Below, in pieces: positions 35,513 to 45,818 of a stretch of DNA of 64,000 bases. The DNA is from an uncultured Eubacteriales bacterium (GTDB lineage: Bacteria; Bacillota; Clostridia; Christensenellales; UBA1242). Under the pieces are notes generated by a model. The model did no database searches. It worked only from the letters and a program-made list of their open reading frames with translations, and was not told the DNA's origin. The translations under genes and the position numbers were made by a program. The first letter of the stretch is position 1. The number at the start of each line of letters is the position of its first letter. The stretch is taken from positions 18,800 through 82,799 of the forward strand of contig CAOQRA010000001.1 of NCBI GenBank assembly GCA_948512295.1, in the 5' to 3' direction.

Positions 35513-38500
35513 ACGGGCTTGATAATAGAATTAAAGAGATAACAGAGAAGAAATTTGTTTCAGGATGTGGCGAAGGAGAGAAGGCTATACTAGTGCAGCA
35601 ATATGGTCGCTTCATTTTTTTGTGCAGTAATTTTGTAAGCGCAGGTAAGCTTAAGCGTGCTTTTTCAGCTTTAAATTTAAAAGCAGAGATAATCACAGCG
35701 GCACGTGAAAAAGTCAGTGAAGAGGACAGCAACTTGCTGCCTTTTGTGGCGGCGGTCAATGGTTATTTAAATAAAAAAGTTGATGCACTTTTAGTGCTGC
35801 CTTGCTCTAGTATGATTAACTTTAATGCTGAGATTTTTTTTCACCCTGTAAGTTTTGCAAAAGGCAAATTAATTTCGCATCAATTAATCTGTGACACTTT
35901 AGTCAAACTCGGCTATCGACGAAGTGACTTAGTAAGTCGCGAGGGCGAATTTGCGTTGAGAGGCGATATTTTAGACATTTTTATGCCAAGTGAAAGTAAT
36001 CCTATTCGCATTGAATTTTTCGATGACGAAATTGAAAGCATTCATTACTTTGACCTTGCCAGCATGAAAAACCTAGAAAAACTTGAAGTTTTTAATCTCT
36101 ATCCAGCATTTTTACCTATTGGTAATGATAATATTTTCAGCTTTAATGGATGTAAAATTATTGATGAACCCAAAAAGATTGAAGATGAATTTGAACTATT
36201 ATATAAAAGTTATAAAGCCATGGAAAGTTTTGATTCCAAACTTTATACGTCTTTTGAAAGGCTTTATGAAAGCGCGGACTTAATTTTTGACAATACAAGA
36301 CTTTTAAAGGAAGGGTTTTGCAATAGTCGTATTCCAACTCGAAGTTATCTTACAGATTTTATGGCGCTAAAGCAGGACCTATTAAGTTATTTAGATATGC
36401 ATCTAGGTATTATACTTTTTGCTGGTGATGCAAGGAATAAAACACGCTTATCCGATTTTTTGCGAGATAATGGTTTTGTCTTTCACGATTACGAAAGTGA
36501 AGTTTTTACATTAAATAAAATTTATGTCAGTGAAAAAGCTTTTCCGTTCAGCTTTAGTTTTTTACAGCACCGAGTGGTGGGGATCGGCGTTGACAATTTA
36601 TATAGGACAAATACGACCTCTTTTTCAAAAGGTAAACATGATGTATTTTATTTGCCAAAGCTTGGTGATTATGTAGTTCATTCTTTTCATGGGATAGGTA
36701 AGTGTATCAAGATTGAACGCATGAAAATTGCCGATTATGAAAAAGACTATTTTGTAATTGAATACAAAAATAGCGGAGTGTTGTATCTTCCAAGTGAAGA
36801 GGCAAACACGATTTCGGCCTACATTGGAAGTGAAGAAAATCCTAAACTATCCGCACTTGGTGGGGCTGAGTTTGCAAGGCTTAAAGATCGTGTCAAAGCT
36901 GGTCTTAAAGAAATGGCGTTTTCTTTGACTCAAATGTATAAAGAAAGACAAAATTCAAAAGGTTACAACTTTAAGCGCGATGAGTATTTAGATAAAAAAT
37001 TTGCTGACACCTTTGGTTATAATGAAACATCTGACCAGCTTAGAGCAATTTCTGACATTGAAAAAGATATGGAGAGCGATAAGATCATGGACAGGCTTAT
37101 CTGCGGTGATGTAGGATTTGGCAAGACGGAAGTTGCACTACGAGCTTGTTTTAAATGCATTTATAATGGTAGACAGGTTGCTTTGCTTTGTCCAACGACT
37201 ATTTTATCCGAACAGCATTTAAGAACGGCAAAGGCTAGACTAGAACTATTTGGAGCGAGAGTGGAAGTGCTTAATCGATTTAAAACTCCTGCCCAGATTA
37301 AAGACATTCTGACGCGTCTTAGTGAGGGGAAAGTGGACATGCTTATCGGCACTCATAGGCTTTTAAGTGAGGACGTAAAATTCAAAGATTTGGGGCTTTT
37401 AGTCTTAGATGAAGAGCAGCGCTTTGGTGTGGAAGCTAAAGAGAAGATAAAAAATGCTAAAAGGAATATAGATGTTCTTAGCCTATCGGCGACGCCAATT
37501 CCTCGCACGCTTAACATGTCGCTTTCTGGCATTCGTGACATAAGCATAATTGAAACTCCGCCAAAAGAAAGGTTGCCTATTCAAACCTATGTGGCAGAGC
37601 AGGCAGATGACCTTATTCGTGACGTTTTAAGGCGCGAGCTTGCTCGCGGCGGGCAGGCATTCATTATATACAATCGCGTAGAAAGCATAGAGGATTTTGC
37701 TTCATATATACGCAGCTTGGTGCCAGAGGCTAAGATTGGCATTGCACATGGGCAAATGCAAGAAAAAGCACTTGAAAACATTATCAATAGTTTATATAAG
37801 GGCATATTTAACGTTTTTATATCTACAACCTTAATTGAAAATGGTATAGATCTGCCAAGTGCAAATTCTATGATAATTATTGAGGCTGACAGACTGGGAC
37901 TTGGACAATTATATCAAATAAGAGGGCGAATTGGCAGAAGCGATAAATTAAGTTATGCGTATCTTCTATATAATAAAAACAAGCTGCTTACAGATGACGC
38001 TTATAAAAGATTGCAAGCTATTCGCGAGTTTAGCGAACTTGGTAGCGGCTTTAAAATTGCTATGCGCGATCTTGAAATTCGTGGCGCCGGAAATATTTTT
38101 GGCAAAGAACAGCATGGACACATTGCAAAAGTGGGCTATGATATGTTTGTTAAACTTCTTGATGAGGCGGTAGACGAAATTCAAGGTAAGACTAAAGAAG
38201 AGGAAAGTGATGTCAAACTTGAAGTCACTTTGGACGCATTTATTAGTGAAGATTATATTCCATCGAGTGATGAACGTATTTTGATGTACACCAAAATAAG
38301 CAACATTGCTTCACCTATTGAGGAAGATGAAGTGATAAAATCTCTTAATGATGGCTTTGGCGCGGTGCCAAACGAAGTTTATAACCTTGCAAGGCTTGCA
38401 CTGCTTAAAAACCTTGCAAGTAAGTTTAATGTCAATAAAATTCGCATTAATGCAACAACATGTAATGTGGTATTAAATAAAAGCGAAGAAATTATTTGCA

Positions 38501-38646
38501 AGCAACTTGCAAATATACTTCAAGACTATGAGGGCACGCTATGTTTTTCAGCGCTTGCATACATTTCTTTCCGTTACAGCGGCTCAGTTCGCGCTAAAGT
38601 TGACTACTTAATCGACTTTTTTGACGCCGCTACAACGAAAAGTTGA
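35509..38646 (+). CDS. mfd: Transcription-repair coupling factor Mfd
   Basis: CarD-like RNAP-interacting domain (GDYVVHSFHGIGK), SF2 helicase motifs (GDVGFGKTEVA, LVLDEEQRFG, SATPIPRT, QLYQIRGRIGR) and a TRG region. The ATG overlaps the pth stop. Confidence 0.95.
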   Translation: MNGLDNRIKEITEKKFVSGCGEGEKAILVQQYGRFIFLCSNFVSAGKLKRAFSALNLKAEIITAAREKVSEEDSNLLPFVAAVNGYLNKKVDALLVLPCSSMINFNAEIFFHPVSFAKGKLISHQLICDTLVKLGYRRSDLVSREGEFALRGDILDIFMPSESNPIRIEFFDDEIESIHYFDLASMKNLEKLEVFNLYPAFLPIGNDNIFSFNGCKIIDEPKKIEDEFELLYKSYKAMESFDSKLYTSFERLYESADLIFDNTRLLKEGFCNSRIPTRSYLTDFMALKQDLLSYLDMHLGIILFAGDARNKTRLSDFLRDNGFVFHDYESEVFTLNKIYVSEKAFPFSFSFLQHRVVGIGVDNLYRTNTTSFSKGKHDVFYLPKLGDYVVHSFHGIGKCIKIERMKIADYEKDYFVIEYKNSGVLYLPSEEANTISAYIGSEENPKLSALGGAEFARLKDRVKAGLKEMAFSLTQMYKERQNSKGYNFKRDEYLDKKFADTFGYNETSDQLRAISDIEKDMESDKIMDRLICGDVGFGKTEVALRACFKCIYNGRQVALLCPTTILSEQHLRTAKARLELFGARVEVLNRFKTPAQIKDILTRLSEGKVDMLIGTHRLLSEDVKFKDLGLLVLDEEQRFGVEAKEKIKNAKRNIDVLSLSATPIPRTLNMSLSGIRDISIIETPPKERLPIQTYVAEQADDLIRDVLRRELARGGQAFIIYNRVESIEDFASYIRSLVPEAKIGIAHGQMQEKALENIINSLYKGIFNVFISTTLIENGIDLPSANSMIIIEADRLGLGQLYQIRGRIGRSDKLSYAYLLYNKNKLLTDDAYKRLQAIREFSELGSGFKIAMRDLEIRGAGNIFGKEQHGHIAKVGYDMFVKLLDEAVDEIQGKTKEEESDVKLEVTLDAFISEDYIPSSDERILMYTKISNIASPIEEDEVIKSLNDGFGAVPNEVYNLARLALLKNLASKFNVNKIRINATTCNVVLNKSEEIICKQLANILQDYEGTLCFSALAYISFRYSGSVRAKVDYLIDFFDAATTKS

Positions 38647-38720
38647 GAAATATTAACAAATCACTTGAATTTTTAGGTTAGATTGTATTATAATTGTTAA
38701 AGATTTATAAAAGAGGAAAC

Positions 38721-40505
38721 ATGAAAAAGAGTAAAATTTTTGGACTAATATGTGCAGTTATGATGTTTTGCGTTACCATTTTGTCTGGCTGCTCGCTTAT
38801 AACGCTTGATAGAGAACGCTATCTTAATCAGATAGTGGCGTCTATTGCTGATAAAGATTCTAACAAAACTTTAATTGAAATCAAGAAGAAAGATTTAATT
38901 TCGGCATATAACAGCTTTGGTTACTATTACACTCAATATTATTCTTATACCGCTGAAGAAGCGCTCAAACTTACCTTAGACACTTTAGTTGATAGAAGAA
39001 TTACTATTTTAGAAAGCGAAAAAATTTATTCAGAGGGACTTAGCGAGGCTGAAAAAACTTATCTTTGGCAGGAAACTTCCACATCCTTAGAAAGCAATTA
39101 TAAATCCTATTTAGACGAAGTTTTAGGCACATCTAAAAAAGATGATAGTTCAAGCGATGCTAGGAAGTTTGAGGGCTATGTAAAAAATGCATTTTTAAAA
39201 CATGATGGTGATAGTTACGAGATCATTAAATCTACCACTCCATCTAAAACCATTGAAAATTTCAAATATGATGTCGCTAGAGACATAAACAAAAAAGAAG
39301 ATAAAGATCTTTTATATACAAATCTTTTAGATTTTGTAAACTCTCCATCCTCTGATGCCTATACAAAAGCGTTTACAAACTATCTTAAAGCATTAAAGAA
39401 AAGTGAAGATGGACTTAATTTATCTACGGATACAGCCTCCATTTTTAGACGTGAAATTGAAAGGATTTATCAGGTTGTGTATGAAAACTATATGATTGAA
39501 AAGTATGATGAATATTTTACTAACTTTTCTGACAAAGCTTCAGTGACAATTAAACAAATGCTAGATCTTTATTCAAGCATGGTGCGCTCTTCTTATACTC
39601 AATATAATATAGAATATGACAGCGCTTATGAAACAAATATGCAGTCAGATAGCACCAAGTTATATTATTACAAAGAAAGAGGAAAGGTTGGCGAAGAGAA
39701 TAACTTTACACAATTCTTTCAAGTGGCTCATGTGTTATTTAAGTTCACAGATGCCCAGTCAAGTCAGTACAAACTTTTGCAAGAGCGTAAAGCAAACGGC
39801 TATTATACCAGTGAAGAGGGCTATAATAACGACTTAAATGCGCTTATAAGCGAAGTTAAACCAGTCGTTCGTCAAAAGAATGAGCAAGGTGAGTATGTGG
39901 AAGTGCAGTCTTCTATGGAGGAAGAAAAAACAGCGTTAGCGCTTGCGAGATATATTAAAAATCAAGTTGATGGACTTTCAACTTCGCAGGATAAAGTTGA
40001 CGCTTTCCGTGAGTTTATTTACAAGTATAACGATGACCCAGGTATGATAAATGCAGCAAACAATTATACAATTGGTGTTAACAAGGCTCAAGCTGAAAAT
40101 GATGACAAATACAAAGTTTATTCTAATTATGTGACAGAGTTCACTGATACGGCAGTTGAGCTTTATAACGATGGAGAAGGTCAGCTTGGTGATGTAAGCG
40201 AAGCGGTAATTACAGAAAATGGTGTACACGTACTTTTCTATGTGGGTGAAATTCAAAATTTATTTCCAAATATAGATGAAAAATTTGCACTCACAAATGA
40301 TGACATAAGTGATGATGGCTTGACTCCTATTGAAAAATTGGCAGCCACACGAATTAATCCTTTTGTAGATAAAACTTATTTTGATATGCTTTATGACAGT
40401 TTAGTGACTGACAATTTCTCAGTTTTTCAAAATTTAAACATGAATGAACTTAAAAAGCAATTTACTATAAATTACTATCCAGATGCTTATAAAGACTTAT
40501 TGTAA
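38721..40505 (+). CDS. Lipoprotein, probable PrsA/SurA-like parvulin-type foldase
   Basis: Lipobox ILSGCS. Parvulin-like elements are present (FQVAHVLFKF ... VITENGVHVLFYVGE). SD aagagga before ATG 38721. Confidence 0.5.
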   Translation: MKKSKIFGLICAVMMFCVTILSGCSLITLDRERYLNQIVASIADKDSNKTLIEIKKKDLISAYNSFGYYYTQYYSYTAEEALKLTLDTLVDRRITILESEKIYSEGLSEAEKTYLWQETSTSLESNYKSYLDEVLGTSKKDDSSSDARKFEGYVKNAFLKHDGDSYEIIKSTTPSKTIENFKYDVARDINKKEDKDLLYTNLLDFVNSPSSDAYTKAFTNYLKALKKSEDGLNLSTDTASIFRREIERIYQVVYENYMIEKYDEYFTNFSDKASVTIKQMLDLYSSMVRSSYTQYNIEYDSAYETNMQSDSTKLYYYKERGKVGEENNFTQFFQVAHVLFKFTDAQSSQYKLLQERKANGYYTSEEGYNNDLNALISEVKPVVRQKNEQGEYVEVQSSMEEEKTALALARYIKNQVDGLSTSQDKVDAFREFIYKYNDDPGMINAANNYTIGVNKAQAENDDKYKVYSNYVTEFTDTAVELYNDGEGQLGDVSEAVITENGVHVLFYVGEIQNLFPNIDEKFALTNDDISDDGLTPIEKLAATRINPFVDKTYFDMLYDSLVTDNFSVFQNLNMNELKKQFTINYYPDAYKDLL

Positions 40506-40543
40506 TAAAAAATCCCCTTGAAAGTTTGACAAGGGGATTTTTA
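40506..40543 (+). terminator. Rho-independent terminator
   Basis: aatcccctt / aaggggatt 9-bp stem followed by a T run. Confidence 0.8.
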
Positions 40544-40560
40544 TTTGATATATTTATATT

Positions 40561-41925
40561 ATGGCGAGTCTGAAAAAAAGCAAACTTGAAAGTTTAGTGC
40601 GTGCCCAAGAGGTCAGCATTTTTTATATCCAAGCAAGCTTGACAGATGTAGATATGCAATTGGTTAAAGCGACAGTTAAAACAGATAAAAAAAATAAACG
40701 CTATAAAACTATTGTTAGTCAGGTCATTGACAACGATCAAAAAAAGAAACTTGATGAGGCGGAACAATCTGTCGCTAAACATAGCGGAAAGCGCAAAAAA
40801 ATAACAAACATCATTTGCTTTATTGTCAATATTGCAGTACTTGCAGGTATACTTCTTTATCAGCTTTTAGGCAAGGAATTTTTGCCGTTAAGCGGTTTGC
40901 ATATAAACGGTTGGGCGACTTTAATAATTTTCCTTTTATTTATTGCAAGTGTGGTTTGTGAAATGCTTGCTATGAGTTATTTAATTAAAAAATCAGTGGG
41001 GAAATGGCGATTTGGCTTAAGTTTTAAAATGAACACAATAGGGCACTATTACGATGCTATAACGCCGCTTGCGACAGGCGGGCAACCTTTCCAAATTACT
41101 TATTTAAAATCGCATGACATTCCTTTACATTCCGCGCTTGCAATCCCTCTTGCTAAGTATGTTTTTTCTCAGATTGTATGGGTGCTTGTCAGCCTAATAT
41201 GTATGATTGTGTCTTTTGCAGGAGGTGCTTATAATACCTATGTTGTAGTTATCTCTGCAATAGGTTTCGTACTTGGAAGTTTTATGCTTTTTGTTACCTT
41301 GTTTTTGTCTATCAGTAAAAGCGTGGGCCGTAAACTTGTCGTTAAAGTGCTAAAGCTTGCTCAAAAGATGAAAATAGTAAAAAATTATGAAAAACAATAT
41401 GAAAAAATATCAAAATATATTGAAGACTTTCAAACTGTAATGAAGCAGTATGCCACATCTTTTAAAGATTTCATGATATTGTTTGGTTCATTACTACTTA
41501 AATTGATAATTTCCTATTCAATACCTTATTTCGTATTTTGTATGTTTCATGGTTTTGAGGGCGGACAATATTTTCATTTCTTTGTAATGGCAATATTGGT
41601 TGATCTAGCTGCAAGTTTCTTCCCGCTTCCTGGCGGCACTGGCATGAGTGAAGTTTCCTATAGTGCTATGTTTGGTGCATATTTCTCTGGTGGTGTGCTG
41701 TTTTGGGCACTGCTAATGTGGAGGTTTATGACTTATTACATCTATCTGCTTTTGGGAATTTCAGTTTTAACCTATGATTTTGCTTATGGCAATCGCAAGT
41801 ATCGCTGGCAAAAACGCAAGGAAGAACTTAGCGAAGAAAGTAGAATTTTCAAGCAAGACCAAATAAATAGATTCAGAGCGCAACGCCAGCGCAATCGTCG
41901 ACGTAATCAAAGTTTAAAGTTTTAG
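40561..41925 (+). CDS. Flippase-like membrane protein (lysyl-phosphatidylglycerol synthase TM-domain family, UPF0104)
   Basis: Polytopic protein with the YYDAITPLATGGQPFQITYL motif and a highly basic C-terminal tail. Confidence 0.65.
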   Translation: MASLKKSKLESLVRAQEVSIFYIQASLTDVDMQLVKATVKTDKKNKRYKTIVSQVIDNDQKKKLDEAEQSVAKHSGKRKKITNIICFIVNIAVLAGILLYQLLGKEFLPLSGLHINGWATLIIFLLFIASVVCEMLAMSYLIKKSVGKWRFGLSFKMNTIGHYYDAITPLATGGQPFQITYLKSHDIPLHSALAIPLAKYVFSQIVWVLVSLICMIVSFAGGAYNTYVVVISAIGFVLGSFMLFVTLFLSISKSVGRKLVVKVLKLAQKMKIVKNYEKQYEKISKYIEDFQTVMKQYATSFKDFMILFGSLLLKLIISYSIPYFVFCMFHGFEGGQYFHFFVMAILVDLAASFFPLPGGTGMSEVSYSAMFGAYFSGGVLFWALLMWRFMTYYIYLLLGISVLTYDFAYGNRKYRWQKRKEELSEESRIFKQDQINRFRAQRQRNRRRNQSLKF

Positions 41926-41958
41926 AATATATTTTTCAATTTTATACAATATAAAACT

Positions 41959-42534
41959 ATGAAGAAAAATAAACCTTTGTATGGTTGGATTTTTGCAGTA
42001 ATAGTTTTAACTATATTACTTGCAATTTCATTATATCTAGGACTTAGTGGTTGGTTTTTTACCACAAATTTTTCGCGTCCTACCGATTTAGTTTTAGGAA
42101 ATAATGTGGAAATAGCGGTCAATAAAAGCCAAGCAAGCACGGCGTCTTTCACTTTTTCAGGCGGTTATCTGCAAGGCGAAAAATTGCCGCAAATTGTCAG
42201 TGTTAAAAATAGCAGCGAGGAGGGCAAAGTGTTTCTTCGTGCTAAAGTTTATGTTTTCATGGCAGATAATTCCATTTCGGATATGGCACTTGCTGGAAAC
42301 AGCAATTGGAATAAAGCGGACGATGGCTATTATTATTTTAACGATAAACTTGTTTATCAGGGCAAAGTCGGACTTTGCAGCCATGTTGAAGTTGGAGAAG
42401 AAAGCAAACTATGCGGCGCTTTAAATTATATACTGACGATATTAGTAGAGAGCCTTGATGAGAATTTGGATGTAGAAAAGGTGTGGGGCGTAGATCCTAT
42501 TAAATTGGCAGAAAATCTCGGGCAAAATGTTTGA
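41959..42534 (+). CDS. Hypothetical secreted/membrane-anchored protein (191 aa)
   Basis: An N-terminal TM/signal anchor followed by a beta-rich domain. No confident family. Confidence 0.55.
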   Translation: MKKNKPLYGWIFAVIVLTILLAISLYLGLSGWFFTTNFSRPTDLVLGNNVEIAVNKSQASTASFTFSGGYLQGEKLPQIVSVKNSSEEGKVFLRAKVYVFMADNSISDMALAGNSNWNKADDGYYYFNDKLVYQGKVGLCSHVEVGEESKLCGALNYILTILVESLDENLDVEKVWGVDPIKLAENLGQNV

Positions 42535-42576
42535 CAATAATATAAGGAATATGTATCCTTAAAATGAGGAGGAGCT

Positions 42577-42870
42577 ATGGAAGATAATTTTAGACGAGTA
42601 CCCCCGCCACCGCCACCACGACCTAATATTCCAAGAGTGCCAAACGAAAATAGTTTAGCTAACGCTTCACAAGAAGCACCGCGTGAAGAAAAAGTTGAAA
42701 CTTTTCAGCTGGCGGAACAAGTGTCTGCTGAGCAACAAGGCAATATATCTCCATCACAAGAGACTAAGAAATCCTCAAAAGAAAAAATTAAACTTTCACT
42801 TTTGATAGTGGGCAGTATTTGTGCATTTATAGGCAGTTTAATTTGTGGCTATTTCTTATTTTTCTCTTGA
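42577..42870 (+). CDS. Hypothetical tail-anchored membrane protein with Pro-rich N-terminus (97 aa)
   Basis: SD gaggagg. PPPPPPRPNIPRVP tract and a C-terminal TM LLIVGSICAFIGSLICGYFLFF. Confidence 0.55.
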   Translation: MEDNFRRVPPPPPPRPNIPRVPNENSLANASQEAPREEKVETFQLAEQVSAEQQGNISPSQETKKSSKEKIKLSLLIVGSICAFIGSLICGYFLFFS

Positions 42871-42921
42871 TTTCGCGACAAAACTTAGATTTTTTAAATG
42901 TTTTAAGGCAATAATTCTTAC

Positions 42922-43371
42922 ATGAAACGAATTATTGCCTTTATTTTTATATTTTTGGTAATTGCGATTATTCCACTGCTTGCGCCGCGCGGTTACGATT
43001 ATGCAGGTTTAAATGCTATAACATTTGTCACAAGTAAGGACATAGATGACGAAAATTATATATCTATAAAAAGCGGAAATGATTATTTTATTAAAGTTGA
43101 TAAAACCCGTGCGCTTGAGCTTGCAAAAAAACTTGACATTAAAGGCTATAATTTACACTTTGATAGAAGCAGTGATGTGGAGGCCTTAAAAGCCCATTTT
43201 ATTGACTATTGCATGCCAAAGTTTGAAGTGAACGGCATTGAAATTTTAGAAGGGTATACTAAAAGCTATTGCGACTTTCGAATTGTGGAAGGCAAAAAAA
43301 TCAATGTCCAAATGGCAATACTAAAAAATGAGATTATTATTGGCTTTCCATTAATCTTAACTGGGTTTTAA
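42922..43371 (+). CDS. Hypothetical membrane-anchored protein (149 aa)
   Basis: ORF with an N-terminal TM IIAFIFIFLVIAIIPLL. Confidence 0.5.
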   Translation: MKRIIAFIFIFLVIAIIPLLAPRGYDYAGLNAITFVTSKDIDDENYISIKSGNDYFIKVDKTRALELAKKLDIKGYNLHFDRSSDVEALKAHFIDYCMPKFEVNGIEILEGYTKSYCDFRIVEGKKINVQMAILKNEIIIGFPLILTGF

Positions 43372-43427
43372 AAATTTATGTATAAATAATGAAAGTTAAG
43401 GTAATAAAAGTGCAGGAGGTTAAAATT

Positions 43428-43997
43428 ATGGTGATAAAAAAGTCAAACAAGGTTGTGGAGTTTTTCAAAAGGTTTGGGGTATATGTTGTGGCAGGAGCAA
43501 TAGTACTTGGGGTCGGACTTACCTTTGGAATTACCGCACTGACTAGGCAAAATCAGGAAGTACTAGATGTGGGGAATAAAACTTTAGAGTTCACATTGCC
43601 AATGAACAGCCCTACCATTATCAAAGACTTTAGTTCTACCGCGCTGCAAGAAAACGAAACACTTAACCAGTGGGAAGCACATCTTGCTCTTGATATGAAA
43701 TCAGACGACGGACAAGTCTTCTGCATATTAGATGGCACAGTAGAAAAAGTTTACTTTGATCAGCTTGGAGGAAGCACCATCGTTGTAAAACACGTTGATG
43801 GACTAACAAGTGTTTACGCATCTCTTGGCAAAGAAATTGCGGTTAAGGCTGGTGATAAAGTGACAACTGGTCAAAAACTTGGCATGGTTGACAAGGCTGC
43901 AGGCGAGGCCTATTTAGGTGAACATCTTCATTTCTATATGACTCTAAATGATGAAAAAATCGACCCTAACAACTATCTTGATTTGCAAAACAAATAA
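43428..43997 (+). CDS. M23 (LytM-domain) peptidase with N-terminal TM, SpoIIQ-like
   Basis: Strong SD aggagg 8 nt before ATG 43428. TM VYVVAGAIVLGVGLTFGI. The LytM core GSTIVVKHVDGLTSVYASLG...GDKVTTGQKLGMV...HLHF is present. spoIIID is nearby. Confidence 0.8.
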   Translation: MVIKKSNKVVEFFKRFGVYVVAGAIVLGVGLTFGITALTRQNQEVLDVGNKTLEFTLPMNSPTIIKDFSSTALQENETLNQWEAHLALDMKSDDGQVFCILDGTVEKVYFDQLGGSTIVVKHVDGLTSVYASLGKEIAVKAGDKVTTGQKLGMVDKAAGEAYLGEHLHFYMTLNDEKIDPNNYLDLQNK

Positions 43998-44023
43998 AAA
44001 TAGAGCGGTACGCTCTATTTTTT
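43997..44023 (+). terminator. Rho-independent terminator
   Basis: atagagcg-gta-cgctctat followed by a T6 run. Confidence 0.85.
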
Positions 44024-44093
44024 GTAATTTTATTTGACAATTAATTTTGTAAATTATATACTGAATACGAATTTCATATTTGGAGGAATAAAA

Positions 44094-44321
44094 ATGACTA
44101 CTCTTGAAAAAGTAAAAAAACTTATCGCTGAGCAACTTTGCATTTCAACTGACGACATTAAAGATGATGCAAATATCGTAGACGATTTGGGGGCAGACAG
44201 CTTAGACGTTGTCGAACTTTTAATGACTCTTGAGGATGAGTTTGGTATAAATGTGCCAGATGATAAAGTGGAGGACATTAAAACAATCCCTGCTATTGTT
44301 GCGCTGATTGACAAAAAATAA
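44094..44321 (+). CDS. acpP: Acyl carrier protein
   Basis: LGADSLDVVELLMTLEDEFG (phosphopantetheine Ser in DSL). SD ggagg 6 nt before ATG 44094. Confidence 0.92.
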   Translation: MTTLEKVKKLIAEQLCISTDDIKDDANIVDDLGADSLDVVELLMTLEDEFGINVPDDKVEDIKTIPAIVALIDKK

Positions 44322-44394
44322 TTCGTTCTTTTTTGACAAAAAGTGACATAAAAACAATTAATCCCTCATAGTTATATCTCGTGGAGGTATCACT

Positions 44395-44655
44395 GTGAGG
44401 GATTATTTAGTTGAAAGAGCGCGCAATGTGGCAAGCCATATATGCAAAACTCATGACACCATTCGTGCCACAGCACTTGTGTTTGGTTATAGCAAATCTA
44501 CAATTCATAATGATGTATCAAATAGGCTTAAATATATTGATTCAAAACTTTATGAACGTACAAAAGAAATTCTTGAATCAAATTTCGCTGACAAACATAT
44601 ACGCGGTGGAGAGTCCACACGAAAGAAGTATGCGGAGGCTGAAACTGAAGCTTAA
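44395..44655 (+). CDS. spoIIID: Sporulation transcriptional regulator SpoIIID
   Basis: The HTH region IRATALVFGYSKSTIHNDV and C-terminal HIRGGESTRKKY match the SpoIIID pattern. GTG start with SD ggagg. Confidence 0.85.
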   Translation: MRDYLVERARNVASHICKTHDTIRATALVFGYSKSTIHNDVSNRLKYIDSKLYERTKEILESNFADKHIRGGESTRKKYAEAETEA

Positions 44656-44810
44656 GCGAATTCTGTATTTTGCTAAACGTCGCAAATATTTCGTTTGCAA
44701 CGTTAGCGCGTTTTGCAGGCGAATATAGTATTAGTTTTACTCTTTGTTAGTCCGTAAAACGCTTAAAAAAACTCGTCTTGCATTTCTATCAAAGAGGAGG
44801 TAAATAAAAT

Positions 44811-44842
44811 AAAAAGTCCGCACATATTAAGCGGACTTTTTT
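44811..44842. terminator. Bidirectional rho-independent terminator (serves fba on the minus strand)
   Basis: agtccgc / gcggact stem, flanked by an A5 run and a T6 run. Confidence 0.8.
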
Positions 44843-45758
44843 ATGCTTTATTAACTGAAAATAGAACATTTATTATTTTATCGGTGAGAAGCTTTTCTAT
44901 CGCTAGGCGGCCATTTCCAAGATAATCTCTTGCATCAAATTTCTTAGGATTAGTCTTTAACACCTCTCGCACTTCGGCTGTCATGGCAAGCCTTATATCT
45001 GTATCTGAATTTATTTTAACCACATTATGCTGTTTCACCGCTTTCATTAATAATTCGTGCGGCACGCCTTGAGCGTTTTTTATTTCACCGCCAAACTTGT
45101 TTATTTTATCTACAAGGTTTTTATCTACGCTTGAGGCGCCGTGTAAAACGAGTGGAAAGTTGGGGAGTAGTCTTTCAATTTCTGATAAAATATCAAATCT
45201 TAAAGTTTGCAGTCCTTGATATTTATATGCTCCGTGGCTTGTGCCAATGGCAACGGCCAGACTGTCGATGCCAGTTTTTTCTACAAACTCTTTTGCTTTA
45301 AGAGGCTCAGTATAATGATTTTCTTGGACATTTACATTGTCTTCCACGCCCTTAAGTTGCCCTAGTTCGCCCTCGACTAAAGCGCCTTTTTTATGTGCAT
45401 AGTTTGCTACTTTTTTAGTTAAAGCTATATTTTCTTGAAAGCTTAAACTGCTGCCGTCAATCATAACGCTGTCAAAGCCTAAATCTACCGCCTTTTTGCA
45501 AATTTCATAGCTTTTGCCATGGTCTAAATGCAAAAAAACATAAGGGCATGCCTTTTTAACCGCGCTAGCCATAGCGATTGTAAGCTGTGGAGTCATATAT
45601 TCAAGTGCGCTTTCGCTTACAGCTATAATTGCAGGGCTTTTGTTTGTTTTACAAGCATTTGTTATAGCTTGCAAGCTTTCCATATTTGAGAAATTAAATG
45701 CACCAAGTGCAAAATGCTGTTTTATTGCTTTATTAAAATAATATCTTAAATCTTTCAT
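44841..45758 (-). CDS. fba: Class II fructose-1,6-bisphosphate aldolase
   Basis: ALGAFNFSN, HLDHG, EGELG, IGTSHGAYK and LVLHGASS motifs. The start is ambiguous (45758 or 45776). Confidence 0.9.
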   Translation of the reverse strand: MKDLRYYFNKAIKQHFALGAFNFSNMESLQAITNACKTNKSPAIIAVSESALEYMTPQLTIAMASAVKKACPYVFLHLDHGKSYEICKKAVDLGFDSVMIDGSSLSFQENIALTKKVANYAHKKGALVEGELGQLKGVEDNVNVQENHYTEPLKAKEFVEKTGIDSLAVAIGTSHGAYKYQGLQTLRFDILSEIERLLPNFPLVLHGASSVDKNLVDKINKFGGEIKNAQGVPHELLMKAVKQHNVVKINSDTDIRLAMTAEVREVLKTNPKKFDARDYLGNGRLAIEKLLTDKIINVLFSVNKA

Positions 45759-45818
45759 AAACTTAATATAACACATTTTTTAAATTTTACAAACATATTT
45801 TATCTTGAGAGAGGAAAT

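Noticed and set aside
44411-44728. ORF 44411-44728 (+) and antisense ORF 44054-44314 (-)
   Set aside because: These are alternate frames of the well-supported spoIIID and acpP genes.
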